A program made the translations under genes and the position numbers. Source: Rubritalea sp. (GTDB taxonomy: Bacteria; Verrucomicrobiota; Verrucomicrobiia; Verrucomicrobiales; Akkermansiaceae). Taken from it: a stretch of DNA of 64,000 nt. Below are positions 34,899 through 46,805 of the stretch, piece by piece. The stretch lies in assembly GCA_965204255.1 (NCBI GenBank), contig CBDBEG010000052.1, forward strand, positions 256,225 to 320,224, written 5' to 3'. Under the pieces are notes generated by a model that did not search any database, had not been told where the DNA came from, and was given only the letters and a program-made list of their open reading frames with translations. Positions within the stretch are counted from its first letter, which is position 1; every line of letters starts with the position of its first letter.

Positions 34899-37258
34899 TT
34901 TTTTTTTTTTTAACAACCAAATTTGAGGAATACAAGGAGTAGCATAATAAAGCTAATAAGGGTCTTGCATCCTATATAAAGACACGACAATTACTAGCAT
35001 AGAAAACAGCACACTACAATAACAAAATGAACAGCAATAAGTAATGAATAAGGTGCTATACAGTTTAGCTGACGATGCTCTCAGACATGTATCTTAATAA
35101 CTGTCTCTTGAAAGCCTGCAAGGTTTCACACTCGGTTATTTCATGTGGGAGAGAGTTTCAATAATGGATAGCTGATGGGTAGAATGAGTTGAAAAATAAC
35201 TCGGTTCTTGCAAATGGTTGCACTAATGATGAGTCCACAACAGACCACGTTCTCACAGAAGCTGGAGCTGCAACTCTTCGAGTTGTTGGAGGGGAGACAC
35301 AAAAGGAGATACCATTGAGCATACTAAATAATTGACATTGCTTGAGGTATTGCCTTCTGCTAGCAAGAGATTGTAGCTCTGCTCTCTCCAGCAACTCACT
35401 GTAGCCAGTATTTGGAGACCACTGTTTTAGGCAGATTTTCAAGGCAAAACTTTGGACTCTTTCAAGCTTATCGATATCTCTTTTGAGGTGTGGGTCCCAT
35501 ACACTACAGGCATACTCAAGGTGAGGACGTACTAACATTTTGTAGAGATAAAGTAGAGTATCTGAGGACGTACTAACATTTTGTAGAGATAAAGTAGAGT
35601 ATCTGAGTGTGAGCCCTGAGAAAATCTCCTGTAAAGTAGACCAAGCACCTTTCTCGCATTCTGACAGACAATGGTAATGTGAGCTGACCATGAGCCATCA
35701 TATGAGAAAGTTACTCCAAGGTATTTAAATGATGTCACTCTCTGTAAAGCCTGATCTTGGATCAAGAGCTGAGTGTTTGGTTGACACGGTTGGGATTTCT
35801 TTGAAAATAATACATAGCAGCATTTACTAGCATTTAGCTTTAAATTGTTGTCCTCAGTCCAAAGACAGATGGTATTAATGTCATCTTGTATCGATTGATA
35901 GTCGAGAGGAGATTGAATTACTTTATACAATGCAATGTCATCAGCATAGATTGACACTTGGCCATCAATGTTGGCACATGTGATCCCGTTGATGTATATG
36001 AGGAAGAGCAAAGGGCCTAAAACAGACCCTTGTGGTACACCAGAAGATACCCTAACTTGAGTTGACTGGGAACCATTGACTACCACAAACTGATTTCTCT
36101 CAGTGAGGTAGCTGTAGATAAGGTTGAATAAATACAGATTAACATTGATGTCTATCAGCTTTTGCAGGAGAAGTGCATGTGGGACAGAGTCAAAGGCCTT
36201 GCTGAGGTTGAAGAACACAGAGACGACTTCGACGCCCTGGTCTAGGGATTGTAGTATTCCATTAGAAAGAGCAAGTAGAGCAGAAGTAGTTGACTTTCCT
36301 GACGAGAAACCAAACTGGTAAGGTGAGATAGGTGAGTGAACTTTGAGATGGTCAGAGACCAATGTGTATATGATCCTTTTGAAAACCTTACTCAATATAG
36401 GAAGTATTGAAACAGGTCTGTAATTTCCAGGGTTTGTATTGCTTCCTTTTTTGGGAATAGGTACAATCCGGGCAGTCTTCCAACAGTCAGGAAACGATCC
36501 AGTCCGAATAGACATATTAAACAATCTTGTAAGTGTAGGTGTAGTAATATCAGCAGTAGCCTTGAGCATTCTCGCTGAGACATCATCAGTACCTGAAGAT
36601 TTGTGTATATCAAGATTTACAATAAGGTCATAAACCATGTGGTCAGTACAAAGAAAGTTGGTGGGACAGTTCTCTGGGTCCGTGGTAAACCAAGATTTAA
36701 CAACTGTCGACAGGTGCTTGGCATGGTTAAAGTTATTGTAGAACTCATTATTCAGTACTTCTGCTTTAGAAACATCATCAGTAACTTGCACATCATTGTG
36801 AATTAGAGTAGGAATTGTGGAGCGATTATTAGCCAGACGTTTAATCATTTTCCAGAAAGACTTTTTATCAGCTGTGTGTAGTTTCTGAAAATATTTGACT
36901 TTTGACACTCTTATCGCTGACACAATTGCATTTCTTGTATACTTGTATTCTGCAAGCTTATATTCATTCCCAGATTTCTTGTAAGCAGCAAACAGCCGAT
37001 TCCTTCAACGAATGGCTTTCATGATGTCATCAGAAATCCAAGGAGGGCGATTGTCAATAATGATTCTTTTCTTGGGAATGCATTCAGACATAGTATGAGT
37101 GAAATGATTGTACCAATTCATCCAAGAAGTGTCTACTCCATGCTGGTCATTTACAAGAGAGTCCCAGTGTAATTGAGACAGGAAGTTATTTGCCTTCACA
37201 AAGTCGGCTTCCTGATAGCACCAAACTGTTTTACTGACACAATTTAACAAGTGCCAAG
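34899..37258 (-). mobile_element. 5'-truncated non-LTR retrotransposon (RT domain, CR1/L2/Jockey-like)
   Basis: T13 at 34899-34911 marks the tail. The 463-aa ORF has FFNLSKAFDSVPH, YADDIALY, FKYLGV and LVRPHLEYACSVWDP. No endonuclease domain is present. It is private to U4, and the flanks rejoin the unit sequence (caccttttcc / gttctgatac). Confidence 0.9.
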
Positions 37259-37577
37259 GTTCTGATACTTTAATTTTCACTCCAAGTGGATAGAAAAATT
37301 ATGTAGTAAGGTCTGTGCATGACATTTAGGCTGATCTCCTCCATGCACATATGTGAGTTAACGCACTGACGTTTGAAATAGCCCAGGATTGTGTTCAAAG
37401 TTCTTCATTTCAACTTCCTATTAAATACAAGTAGCTATATAACCAAGACAGAAATCATGGGAACTATAAAACTATCTGTATATTGTCACTGCTATCTAAT
37501 GGCAAACTTACAAGCTAATATATGACAACAATCTATATATAGCTACACTTCTCAATACTCCTTTCTAATGGTTGTAG

Positions 37578-38249
37578 CTATGATCGGCTGTAGTAACTAC
37601 ATCCGACCACCAGTGTCTCCGTCACTGGTTCCCACGAGTCGAATCCACTTGAATCACACTGCCTTTGCCGCTTCAGAACTTTAGCTGTGATGGAAACTGG
37701 CGACGAACTGCATGAACATCCACTGCATGCGACATTGACTACAAATCTTGGAAACACATCCTCCCCGAGGTCTTTAATATTGTGACTCCAAGTGCACTTT
37801 TGTGCAGCATTTTGTGAAAAGCATTGTGAATCATATCGCAAACTTCCATACTCTGTGTTAGTTGTCAGCACACAAGCTGGAGGTGAGCTGAGATGTGAGT
37901 CTGGTAGTGGAACTCTGGTGAGATTAGATCCAGAGACATTGCAGTGTTGGTAATACCGGTCTAGGATGTATGACTCGTTTCGCTTCTTGCAGTTGTGGCA
38001 CGGCCCCATCCCTGCTCCTGCCAAACCTCCAGCAATCATGTTAGCCATTGCAGCAGTGTTGATGTTTCCTGTCTGTTGGATTGAGAGCCCACCCACTGCT
38101 TGTGCTACAACAACAGAGATGCTGTTGTTGGTGACAGATGATCCTTGTGGTGTGGGCAGTGTGTAGGCTGTGTGCAGATGAAATGCACACAGAGCTGCAA
38201 TGATTAGCAGTTGCATGCTTGCTTGTGAGGTAAACATGATGTTTTTCAC
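37578..38249 (-). CDS. Paralog C copy 4
   Basis: 223-aa intact ORF of the C3 type, with ACSGCSC in place of ACSECSC. Confidence 0.8.
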   Translation of the reverse strand: MKNIMFTSQASMQLLIIAALCAFHLHTAYTLPTPQGSSVTNNSISVVVAQAVGGLSIQQTGNINTAAMANMIAGGLAGAGMGPCHNCKKRNESYILDRYYQHCNVSGSNLTRVPLPDSHLSSPPACVLTTNTEYGSLRYDSQCFSQNAAQKCTWSHNIKDLGEDVFPRFVVNVACSGCSCSSSPVSITAKVLKRQRQCDSSGFDSWEPVTETLVVGCSYYSRS

Positions 38250-38351
38250 TCAAGATAGCTTTGAGGCAAATTTGCGGTAAAACTCTTTATCATTCACGTC
38301 CTGTCTCTTGCTGTTGCTGCTAACTGATGACAGTGGTGTTTCCATTCTCTC

Positions 38352-38359
38352 TATAAATA
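38352..38359 (-). promoter_or_regulatory. TATA box of gene C4
   Basis: Same motif and offset as C1. Confidence 0.55.
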
Positions 38360-40662
38360 CTGGTGCTGAAGCAGGGATAGTGTACGACCCTGTTTCAGAG
38401 GGACTTGTTCAAGCTACTCATTCGTTTCATAATTCCTAAGGTGTGAATGGATCGAGGGAGTTGAAGAGACCTTCAGCAATCAGTGATAGTTTCTCTTTGT
38501 CTTATGTAAGGGAATTACTTACTGAAAGATGTTTTAGGGGTCTATATAGAATTTGTGTATTTCATTTTTCAACTCCCAATATGAACCATGAAGAAATCTT
38601 GCAAAATTTGTCCAGTTTCTGTGCCCTGTAAGGCATGCATTCTTTCTTGTTTGTATTCAGCTGTCATGCATGAAATAAGGCTTCACTGAACAATAGAATG
38701 CTATGCAGCCATTAAATATTGTTCCACCATGCACTCTAAAGTATTTGTCATAGTAAACAATGTGCTGTATTCATGCAGTATTGAACATGAAAGAGTGTTA
38801 GTAGTGCTTGCCATTGGGGGCAAAGAGATTAAGAAACATTGCATTGTAATGAAGTATGAAAGGACTGACAGGGGTGCCAGTTATGCACTTTATTGTCTAT
38901 ATTAGCTATATAAGAACAGTGGCTCATACTGGGCGGAGTTGTGGACATTTCATTTGAGATCTAGCTATTGGTTACATTTGCAGACAAGTTCTGGACTTAA
39001 AATTGAGCTAATACTTTAGCATCTAATTGAAGTGTATAGGCATGTAGCTAGCTAGTGTAATGAGTGTGTGGCATGGTTGATATTACACACTATAGGTATT
39101 GGGATGGTGCTGACTTACATATGTGTATAATTTAGGAGAATGTAGAATATTGCAGGGGCAAGGGGTGCTTAAGCACCCGTTGTGGGGTGAGCAATAACAG
39201 CAATATTGCTTGGCTAGCTAAAGCTACATCAGTGCATAGTTCCAGATCTGATAGGCCATGCATATAACTGGCAGGAATTGTCATTCCTTATAGCCACAAG
39301 AATGACTGAAGCCTGTCAACTAATGAGTTATGGATTCACCAGGAAACCCTCCATTTCATTCCCTAGGTATACATACTATAAAAGTGAAACAGTTGACAAT
39401 GGATAGGTATCAATGCATTTTCATCATTTACATTCAGGAATTCAACAGGCACATATCCTACTAAATATTAATTGTACTACCAATTAAGGTTTGCATGGGT
39501 ATTTTCAGTCAAACTGGGAAGAACAACTGCTTATTGTATATGAAGTTGAAAACAATGAAAGGGACCACATGTTTATGGACACTTGTAAGTAATTATGTTG
39601 TATACATGATATACATGCGCACACTTTTGCCTTTAGTATCTCTTTAATAAAGCCATCAAGTGCAAAAGTTGCACTGAACTACAAGTTTGGTCACAATTGA
39701 TTAAACCAGCTGTCCGTTGGTCTCTCTCTGATTGTAGCCCATAAAGCTTTATATATATATATACAGAATCTCAAGTAGTGATTGTAGCGCAACTCAGAGT
39801 TTCGTTCATGTTCAAGTATTTTTTCTGGTTCTTTGAGAACTAATAACTAGCTATGTTGAAAGCCTTTATACACTTGATTGATGGAATAACTGATCGACTG
39901 CCAAATTAACATGTAAATGATGAGAAGTCATGCTTACTATTGCAGCCACTTGAAACTATATTCTAAAATCAACAATATGTATATCATGATTGACTCAGAT
40001 GCTCCAGAAAACTGCATTAATTAACTCAATAGTTACTGCTGGCAGCAAGTAGAGGGTGTATGTATGCATATATGCATGCTGATTAGTTGTGACTTCATTG
40101 AGTAAAACTATAGTCTTATGCCCAGACCCAACTCTGCCGTGAGAAAATACAGTCTTGTGATCCAAGTCAACTTCCTTGGGCTAGTGTGTAGCTATAGTGT
40201 AACCTGGAAAAGTTCCAACCTCTTTGCACACCACACCCACTCAAACACCGTTTGGATACCCAACTTGAGATGCAAAGTTCATTGCTGCATGTAAGGAAGG
40301 ACTTAATAATTTCTCAAATCCAATGGCCCAAGGAATCCAACAGAATGGTTTCTTGCTGGGAGGCACATGTGGGCTGGGCATGAGACGAGGTAAAACGTAC
40401 CAGCTGAAAATCAAATTGAAAAGTCAAGATAGTCTCTGAGCAGTTCTGTTTCAAAATTCATTCATAGTGAGAAGGGTTTTGATAATCTATAGGGAACCAC
40501 CTAATATTCTATAGGGAGTCCTCTGAGATGTTAATTGTTCTATTCAGCATAATGATTCACACCTAACAAACTTCATAAATGATGTGCTCTGGATTCCATC
40601 TTGAATGCAAAGTGAAGTTGAATCTTAACACTTCTATAAGTTCTAGCTTGATCAGTCAAGAG

Positions 40663-40670
40663 TATATAAA
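40663..40670 (+). promoter_or_regulatory. TATA box of gene A5
   Basis: TATATAAA lies 92 bp upstream of the ATG. Confidence 0.6.
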
Positions 40671-40754
40671 CCCCAAACCTCATGGTCCTCAGCATGGATT
40701 ACCTTCATTCAAGGAACTTGAAGACAAACACTCATCTGTACTGCTGATGAAAAT

Positions 40755-41444
40755 ATGACAAACAACTGCTGCAGCACTGTTCTTGTAGCGTTCTTCCTGT
40801 TTGCCTGCTTTCTGCAATGCATTAGTGGCAGCACTTCTCCGGATTCATCCCTAGGAAATGTGGTCCTCTATTCTGTGACAAGAAGTACAAACCTGAATGT
40901 CACCCAGTCTATAAGTCTTGCCAACAACATCATGCAGGGTCTGAAACAAAAGGGAATAAGTGACAATGATTGCTGTGGGTGCAAGAAACGATCGGAAGAC
41001 TACCTGATTCACCGATTCAAGACTGACTCACGAAACCCTGACTGCCTGCAAGTCAAGAAGATGCTTGAAGGTAACAATGCATCAGTCTTTGCTGTAACAG
41101 CAGACATTAGTTGTGTAAGACCTACTTATGACTCTGAGTGCTTCCCAAGCAACAGCAAAGCCTCGTGTTCGTGGAGTCAAAATTTTGAGCCCATCCAGAA
41201 TGCAAACAGTGACATTTTCCCCAAGTATGCTGTCAATATTGTGTGCAAAGGTTGCCGTGACTATAGTGATAGTACGTGCATGAATCAGCACAGGCAGTGC
41301 TACACTAATCCATTTGAAGTTGGCTTTTACGTCCTGCAAAGAACAAACAGGTGCAGCAGTGATGGTTATGAAGTGTGGGTGAGTTCCTACACTCGACGGT
41401 ACCTCAACGCGGCTTGCAGTTGCCAGTTCCTCCGCCGTGATTAG
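40755..41444 (+). CDS. Paralog A copy 5 (IL-17-like, inferred; type II C-terminal loop)
   Basis: 229-aa ORF. Residues 25-139 are identical to A1-A4. After CSW the sequence diverges (KGCRDYSDSTC, YTNPFEV, EVW). Confidence 0.8.
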   Translation: MTNNCCSTVLVAFFLFACFLQCISGSTSPDSSLGNVVLYSVTRSTNLNVTQSISLANNIMQGLKQKGISDNDCCGCKKRSEDYLIHRFKTDSRNPDCLQVKKMLEGNNASVFAVTADISCVRPTYDSECFPSNSKASCSWSQNFEPIQNANSDIFPKYAVNIVCKGCRDYSDSTCMNQHRQCYTNPFEVGFYVLQRTNRCSSDGYEVWVSSYTRRYLNAACSCQFLRRD

Positions 41445-42145
41445 TAAAGTAGAATATATTCGTACATCTGACCACAATGGCCAGTCATACCTGCAGACTC
41501 TAGTTTTTAGTATCATTTATAGCATATAATTATAATTGTCATGTATATATCTAGTTGTAGCACGTTACTGACCTTGATTGTACACGTATCATTTAAAAAT
41601 ATGAAATCATTTTGTCAAACAGTGAAGAAATCTGACCAATCACTTCGAGACGGTTATATGTTCTGTGCAGCAACATGTGACACACTAACAACCACTAGTC
41701 TAGCCATGTTCTTGGAGACAAGCATCTGCACTTCATAGAAAAGACCAAATGTAATCAAAATTGTCTGAGACACTATAAGTTCAAATAATTGGCTGCAAAT
41801 TGCTGAGTTATAAGAGGTCTATCTGCTCAATACTTCATTTCCTCACACCTTTGAGCATGCAGTCCAACTTTCTACAATCTAGTTCTCTGAACTCTCTACC
41901 GTACAATCAGATAAGTAGCTGGTAGCTTATGAACTAAGCTGTTCACTATCCCTGTTTCATGCAGGACAAGTATTTACATGCAAGCACTGTTTGCAACAGG
42001 CATCAATACATATACAGTGCAACACATGAACATTACAGTACAATATTTTCCCAGATTACATACTTATAGAGTCTGTAGCTCTGATCAACTAGCTACCTTC
42101 ATATGCATGCATTCGAAATCTAACACTCACCTGTACTGATCAAAC

Positions 42146-42901
42146 ATGTCCACCTACTGTGCTGTTGTAGCTATTCTTCTTGGAGTCGACATTCTGTTTG
42201 TCTGCTTTCTGCAATGTAGTAGTTTTCATCTCTAGGAAATGTGGTCCTCCATCCTATGACAAAACTGAAAGTCTTGACAGTGGCATCGACATCCTGCAGG
42301 ACATCAATCACAATGACATCAACATCCTTAAGAACATCATCCTCAAGCAAGGAAATGTGGTCCTCCACTCGGGTTGGGAGCTAGCAACATAACTGAAAAT
42401 CTTGCAGTGACATCCTGCAGGACATCAAAAAAACAAGGAAATGTTTTCCCCCCACATCATTCAGGTTGGGACATAACTGAAAGTCCTGACATTGACCTCT
42501 TGCAGGACATCAACCAAAAACCCAAAATATGGTCCCCACACCATTCAGGTTGCCCGGGGATATAACTGAAAGTCTTGACAATGACATCCTCAGCTGCAGG
42601 GCATCAAACCACAATGATATCCACATCCTCCAATACATCAACCGAAAGGCAAGGAAATATAGTCCTCCATTCAGGTTGGGACATAACTGAATGTCCTACA
42701 GTGACATCCCACATGCAGGATATCAACCAAAAAGCAAGAAATATGGTCTTGACGATGACATCTTGCAGGACCAACGTCAACCAAAGTGACAGGACTCACA
42801 ATACAAGGTTGATAGTAAATTTTGCGTGGTGTGGTGCAAGGTACATATTGCAGTTAGGATCTAGGGGGGCCTGCTTCTCCCAGTGTTTATTGCACATATA
42901 G
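42146..42901 (+). pseudogene. Locus D copy 5
   Basis: The ATG at 42146 is followed by a stop after ~29 codons (catctctag). The downstream repeats are retained. Confidence 0.45.
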
Positions 42902-43142
42902 GAGCTAATGTTAAAATGAAAGGTGTCTGTGCACACAGCTACCCCTGCAATAAATAACGTCACGTCCATTGCTTCATTTCATTGCCAGTGGCTAAATCTG
43001 GCAGCCCAGTTGGAAGGCATGCTTCAGTATGTAAAACTAATACTGGTGCAGTTTAAACAAGGCGTCAACTATGAACACTATTAACATCTGCTAGACCCTC
43101 TCTCTCACTTTTCTGGATGGTGAGAGATGGACTGGCTTGATA

Positions 43143-43513
43143 CAGAGGAGGTAGGACATAAAAAATCTAACTTTGGGGCTGGTCAACAAAACCTTGCTGG
43201 TAGCTAGTTTTGCCATGGCACGCAGAAGCTGATCCCAGCCTGATCCCCGAGCGAAACTTAACAGCATGGCAGAAAACACTGGTTTTAGTGTGCTTAATTG
43301 GCTCAGGAATGTAATCTAATGCGCACTTATTACATTCCTGAGTCAATTAAGCACACTAAACTGGTGTTTACTGCTGTCCTGTTGAGTTTTGGAGGGGGAT
43401 CAGTCTGGGATCAGCTTCTGTATGTTATAACAGAACTACCAACAAGCTTTCTTAGGCCATTTCAAAGATTTGATCCCTTATGTATGGGAGCATGCAATGT
43501 CCAACCTCCTGTG
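43143..43513. mobile_element. Foldback MITE, hAT-like (371 bp) with target-site duplication
   Basis: Termini are cagaggaggtaggacat and atgtccaacctcctgtg, matching 15 of 17 as inverted repeats. Arms of ~180 bp pair around 43316-43328. It is flanked by ggcttgata at 43134-43142 and 43514-43522. U6 has the empty site ggactggcttgatagactagc at about 55910. Confidence 0.8.
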
Positions 43514-44253
43514 GGCTTGATAGACTGGCTATGGCAAGGCACGAGCACAAGTTACAGCTTGGTTCAGCTGCGCAAGTGCAAAAAGTGAGTTAAAGTTGTC
43601 AAGTAGGTGCACAGTATGGTGTAAGAAAAAACATTGCAACCCAAAATTTTAGGGCATGGTTTTCATTTTGGTTTTGTCTGCGCATGCGCAGTTCCAAAAA
43701 TGGTCGTGAAAACTGGTAAGCTACCTAAGGTCAGGGTTCGACTAGTCTCGCGTACCCATACTCTCGCCGACGTGAGTCTGGCTACGCGAGACTAGGGTTC
43801 GACACACCATGGTTCACACAGGTCAGTTGGATAAGAATCCTGCATGCAGTTATATCATTGTCGTGCATGGCCATGTAAAGTCTTGCATCAAAACGTTGAT
43901 CTAAAACACGTACATGTAGTCTAGTTGACGCCAATTAAGTTTCGCCCAGATGAGTAAATTAACGCAGGGCAATTTTATTGAGGCTATATCTGTTAGGCTA
44001 CAGAACTCGCTCCCCCCACCCACGCAACTCGACCTCCCGGTCTCCACCCCAGATTGAGAACGGAAAACAGTGTTCCGCTTTGCAATTCACTCGTTCTGGC
44101 GCAATATCATTTTTCACTTTCTACGACATTATGGGAGGAAGATCTGAATTCTATGAGAATATTCCCATGCAAACCTTACCGACTTTCCGACTCTGTCAAG
44201 CACTGCATCGCTATGCATACAGTGGTTAACGCAAGTCCGAGGCTCTAGCTATA

Positions 44254-44280
44254 TCAATCAAATCAATCAATCAATCAATC
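44254..44280 (-). repeat. (GATT)n microsatellite tail of the U5 LINE
   Basis: The plus strand reads (tcaa)-type repeats directly at the insertion junction. Confidence 0.8.
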
Positions 44281-44570
44281 TTTAATGTCACTTGCAGACG
44301 CAACCAGCCTTAACAGGCTTATGAGACAATAGCTATATGATGTATACAAAAAAGGGGTTCGGTGGTAATTCTTATGTATAACACAAAATGTAGGAGGATG
44401 GTTTATATAACTATAAATACAGCCAAGAAGAAAATGTGGATGGGCTTTTGTTATATGGTGTGCTATGTTAATAAAATAAAAGGTGAAGAGGTGAAAACTG
44501 TACTGGAGGATCAAAATTAACGACTATCTTGTGTCAGGGTCCCAGAAGACAACAAAACACTTGGTGGTAA

Positions 44571-46052
44571 AAGACAGACGGAACAAGTCTTCCCCTGGTG
44601 ACCCTCTCGGGACAACCAGAGGGCAGACTACAAGAAAGACAGACAAGTCTTCCCCTGGCAACCCTCTCGGGATAACCAGAGGACAGACTACAAGAATGAC
44701 AGACAAGTCTTCCCCTGGCAACCCTCTCGGGATAACCAGAGGACAGACTACAAGAAGGACAGACAAGTCTTCCTCTGGCAACCCTTTCGGGATAGCCAGA
44801 GGACAGACTACAAAAAGGACAGACAAGTCTTCCTCTGGCAACCCTTTCGGGATAACCAGAGGACAGACTACAAAAAGGACAGACAAGTCTTCCTCTGGCA
44901 ACCCTTTCGGGATAACCAGAGGACAGACTACAAGAAAGACAGACAAGTCTTCCTCTGGCAACCCTTTCAGGATAGCCAGAGGACAGACTACAAAAAGGAC
45001 AGACAAGTCTTCCTCTGGCAACCCTTTCGGGATAACCAGAGGACAGACTACATAAAGGACAGACAAGTCTTCCTCTGGCAACCCTTTTGGGATAACCAGA
45101 GGACAGACTACAAGAAAGACAGACAAGTCTTCCTCTGGCAACCCTTTCGGGATAACCAGAGGACAGACTACAAGAAAGACAGACAAGTCTTCCTCTGGCA
45201 ACCCTCTCGGGACAACCAGAGGACAGACTACATAAAGGACAGACAAGTCTTCCCCTGGCAACCCTCTCGGGATAACCAGAGGACAGACTACATAAAGGAC
45301 AGACAAGTCTTCCTCTGGCAACCCTCTCGGGAAAACCAGAGGACAGACTACATAAAGGACAGACAAGTCTTCCCCTGGCAACCCTCTCGGGAAAACCAGA
45401 GGACAGACTACATAAAGGACAGACAAGTCTTCCCCCGGCAACCCTCTCGGGACAACCAGAGGACAGACTACATAAAGGACAGACAAGTCTTCCTCTGGCA
45501 ACCCTCTCGGGAAAACCAGAGGACAGACTACATAAAGGACAGACAAGTCTTCCCCTGGCAACCCTCTCGGGACAACCAGAGGACAGACTACAAAAAGGAC
45601 AGACAAGTCTTCCCCTGGCAACCCTTTCGGGATAGCCAAAGGACAGACTACATAAAGGACAGACAAGTCTTCCTCTGGCAACCCTCTCGGGATAACCAGA
45701 GGACAGACTACAAGAAGGACAGACAAGTCTTCCTCTGGCAACCCTCTCGGGATAACCAGAGGACAGACTACAAGAAGGACAGACAAGTCTTCCTCTGGCA
45801 ACCTTCTTGGGATAACCAGAGGACAGACTACAAAAAAGGACAGACTACAAAAAGGACAGACAAGTCTTCCTCTGGCAACCCTCTCGGGATAACCAGAGGA
45901 CAGACTACAAGAAGGACAGACAAGTCTTCCTCTGGCAACCCTCTCGGGATAACCAGAGGACAGACTACAAAAAGGACAGACTACAAAAAGGACAGACAAG
46001 TCTTCCTCTGGCAACCCTCTTGGGATAACCAGAGGACAGACTACAAGAAGGA
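44571..46052. repeat. 60-bp minisatellite, about 25 copies
   Basis: Sequence lines 44641-45781 all begin agacaagtcttcc, giving an exact 60-bp register. The unit is ggacagacaagtcttcctctggcaaccctctcgggataaccagaggacagactacaagaa. The register shifts near 45830 and 45960. Confidence 0.95.
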
Positions 46053-46805
46053 CAGGGAGGTAGTACTGGAGACCCATATAAGAATATTGATACTACTTTA
46101 AAAGGAGCGAACGTCTTTTGGAGTACATGGAAAAAACAAGTTTACAAATTTGCCTTGGTTGTTGGGCCAATTTCAAAATCAAGAGGACTTTTGTAGTTGC
46201 ATTTAAGCATAGGAACTTGTTTCCCTCTGTCTTGCACATAGCATTGAATAGGTCCTTTCTTTCCTCTTTTAAGGCATGACAGTGTAGTAGAAAGTGTTCT
46301 TCATTCTCTACATCAGTGGAGCATAGCTTGCATACTCTTTGCTGGAGAGGTCGCGCAGCACATCCAAATCGGCCGGTTTCTACCTCCAAAGGCAGGCAGC
46401 CCATCCTCAGAGCAGCCATTACTCTTCTCCAGTCTGCTGGGATAGGGCCCGTAACGAATGCTTCGGCCATGGGTAGGGGCTTGATCTCTCTATAGAGCCT
46501 GAGTCTGCCTGTTGTCTCGGAGCCTCTGGGGAAGGTCCATAGGGATCTTTTCCATTCTTGTAATTCACTATCAGTCAAAGCGTCCCATGCAGAATCCAGG
46601 AAGTCCTTCCGGTTGAATAACATCAGGTCAGGATTGAACTGTGTCTCCTTGAGTAGGTCCTGGGCATCTGCTGCCCAGTTATGTACTCCCCTGTCAGCCA
46701 AGTTGCAGCTCCACCTGAATATATCTCCAGTCAGCCTCCCATCAGGTAGAGTGCAGAGCCTGTGCCAAAGTCTTAAAACAGCAAGTCTGATATGTACTCT
46801 CATTG

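Larger units (their letters stand above)
27310..39037. repeat. Tandem macro-repeat unit U4 (A4-D4-B4-C4 plus LINE insertion)
   Basis: Collinear with U2 and U3. The extra length comes from the 2.36-kb LINE at 34899-37258. Confidence 0.9.
44254..46805 (-). mobile_element. 5'-truncated non-LTR retrotransposon: ORF2 C-terminus with zinc-knuckle-like motif, 3' UTR minisatellite, (GATT)n tail
   Basis: The 236-aa ORF (46093-46803) contains LPLEVETGRF...RVCKLCSTDVENEEHFLLHC. It is followed by the 60-bp array and ends in tcaatcaaatcaatcaatcaatcaatc (44254-44280). It is private to U5 and flanked by TATA on both sides. Confidence 0.75.

Noticed and set aside
44524-46077. 517-aa ORF on the minus strand and 174-aa ORF on the plus strand across the minisatellite
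   Set aside because: Both strands are open only because the 60-bp (20-codon) unit lacks stops. There is no unique N- or C-terminal sequence. The array lies in the 3' UTR position of a LINE fragment.
46093-46803. The 236-aa ORF as a host gene (zinc-finger protein)
   Set aside because: It starts exactly at the insertion junction. It has the typical non-LTR ORF2 C-terminal pattern (LPLEVETGRF...C-x2-C...H-x4-C) and is followed by a repeat-rich 3' UTR with a microsatellite tail. It is therefore a retroelement fragment.
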